A stretch of 63,995 bases of DNA, filler included, from Circinaria calcarea (Eukaryota), in NCBI GenBank assembly GCA_051942165.1. It is 4 parts of 4 records of this genome, joined end to end, with 100 filler letters (N's around TTAATTAATTAA, not from the genome) between each part and the next. Parts side by side here need not be neighbours in the genome. Positions count along the whole stretch, not along the records: positions 50,050 to 63,995 come from JAVECS010000465.1; 3 more parts are not named here. One strand, written 5' to 3'. Under the pieces are notes generated by a model. The model saw only the letters and a program-made list of their open reading frames with translations. It was not told where the DNA came from and ran no database searches. Within the stretch, counting starts at the first letter, position 1, and each line of letters begins with the position of its first letter. Below are positions 62,193-63,995 of the stretch, one piece after another. Position numbers and translations under genes: made by a program.

Positions 62193-63813
62193 ATGTCGGG
62201 TCTCTTGCACAAGGTCAAGGATGCCCTCACGGGGGAAAAGACCACCAATGAGGCACATGTTGCGAATCAGGGCGCTCCTGGTAAGTTCTATCTTCCCACC
62301 TACCACTGTTGATGGTGCCTGACTTCAATACTAGAATACGACGACACCAATACAGGCTCTGGCTTGATCGGTTCCCGCAACGAACCTACTCGCTCTCCCC
62401 TAGTGGGGTCTGGCACTCATGGCTCTAGCTCTACCACCACCGGGCCTCATTCTTCGAGCGTTGAAAACAAATTGGACCCCCGTGTCGACAGTGACCGTGG
62501 TATGTTGGTACCTTTCGTCGATAGACTGGAAGCCTACTGATAATCTCAGATAGTAGCCGTGGTTTGACCGGTGGCTCCACGGGAACTCACCAAGGTCACC
62601 ACACTGGTGGCACTACTGGTACTTCTGGAATGACAGGGTCTGGCTATGATTCTACAACCTCGGGTCCCCATTCTTCTGGACTCGCAAACAAGGTCGACCC
62701 AAGGGTCGATAGTGACAGAGGCATGTGCATCTGGCATTCAGAAGGGAATTTAGCTGACTATTATTTAGACGGCAGAAGTGGATTGACTGGAAACACTACT
62801 GGGACAGGCCATCAATCTTCGACCGGTGGTTTGACTGGAACCCACGGATCTTCTACTGGCGGTTTGACCGGAAACACTACTGGTCGTGACTATGGTTCTT
62901 CCACGACGGGTGTCTCTGGAACTACGGGGTCCTCATCGACATCCGGACCTCATGACTCAAGTTTATTGAATCGTGCCGACCCTAGAGTAGACAGCGATAG
63001 GGGTACGCATTAACTATATAGGCTTTCATCTACATGGCTGATAGTTTGTTAGATGGCAGCCGCGGAATTGGAAGTGGCACTACTGGGGGTTTGACGAGCG
63101 GTACAACTGGTACTCGTGGAACTCATGACCATCATAGCCATCATGGTCACCACGGACATCACGAGGATATTGTTCATGGCGGCGACCATCTTACCCAGAC
63201 CGCCAATAAGCTTGATCCCCATGTCTCTGGCGGCGTCAAAGGAGTCGGCCTTGAATCAGTTACGTCAGGTTCGGCCCATAGCAAAACTGGCATTTCCACT
63301 GGTGCCAGCGCTGAGAGTGGCTATGGATCTTCAACAGGTACAGGAAGTGGTTTGACCGGGTCATCCCATAGGGACCATGGCTTATCAGGTACTGGCACTG
63401 GATCTGGTATGACTGGCTCCTCTGGCAGCCATGGTCTCTCAGGTGCTGGTACAGGAACTGGCTTGACTGGCTCATCTGGCAACCATGGTCTCTCAGGTAC
63501 TGGCACCGGAAGTGGTTTAACTGGCTCATCTGGCAGCCATGGTCTCTCAGGCACTGGCACTGGAACTGGTCTGACAGGATCATCTGGTCGTGACCACGGT
63601 TTATCAACCACTGGTACAGGAAGCGGGCTCACTGGCTCATCTAGCCGGGACTATGATTCATCCAACACCGGAACGATGGGATCAAACACTACTAGTGGTC
63701 CCCATTCGTCGGCTATGCTTAATAAGTTGGACCCACGAGTTGATTCCGATCGTGACGGTAGCAAAACCGCCGGAGGAAGTGGAACCTATGGCTCCAACCA
63801 GACCTACAAGTAG
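62193..63813 (+). CDS. Fungal dehydrin-like hydrophilin with DPR repeats (GPHSS..NK.DPRVDSDR), 5 exons
   Basis: Starts MSGLLHKVKDALTG; four full DPRVDSDR repeats plus one NKLDPHV variant; Gly/Ser/Thr/His-rich. Introns 62281-62334, 62500-62549, 62721-62768 and 63003-63052. Confidence 0.88.
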
Positions 63814-63995
63814 GCGTTCTTGATCCAAGTCCCGTGATCTTGAAGCATCTACTTATGGTTGGTTTAACAGTGGTTCGTCTGGCACTGGAAATACATTGGA
63901 TGCTGCAACCCACAAGCCTAGCCAATTTGCCGCCGTTCATGGTGACCCTGCTATTGCTCATGACGACTTTACGCACGATCGAGCTGGACGTCATG

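Noticed and set aside
1..63995. tRNA or rRNA genes
   Set aside because: GTTCGA-like hits (e.g. about 6974 and 52329) do not fold into cloverleafs, and I recognised no rRNA sequence by eye; a tRNAscan/Infernal run would be decisive.

Overview
Eukaryotic DNA from a filamentous ascomycete (Pezizomycotina), judged from short GT/GC-AG introns with CTRAC branch points and from the gene content. The window is not one locus. It is four contigs joined by 100-bp artificial linkers (44 N + TTAATTAATTAA + 44 N) at 16597-16696, 33274-33373 and 49950-50049. Contig 1 holds an Ebp1-like gene, a GH85 ENGase, ERD2, an intron-containing stand-alone integrase-type H2C2 zinc-finger gene whose stop overlaps that of XRCC4, and Byr4 (truncated). 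Contig 2 holds a possible HeLo/kinase-like relic, an SDT1-type nucleotidase, a CCCH zinc-finger protein, a Khd4/Mug60-like multi-KH protein and a NACHT NLR-like gene (truncated). Contig 3 holds a wA/Alb1-type non-reducing PKS (truncated) head-to-head with a laccase, a small orphan ORF and a secreted protein. Contig 4 holds a tandem-RRM protein, a PA-TM-RING E3 ligase, a nest of MITE-like elements, an aquaporin and a DPR-repeat dehydrin-like gene. The best leads are the integrase Zn-finger/XRCC4 overlap, AUACCC motifs in the Khd4-like gene's own 3' region, the PKS-laccase pair, the aquaporin-dehydrin pair and the MITE nest. All family calls come from reading motifs by eye; no searches were run.
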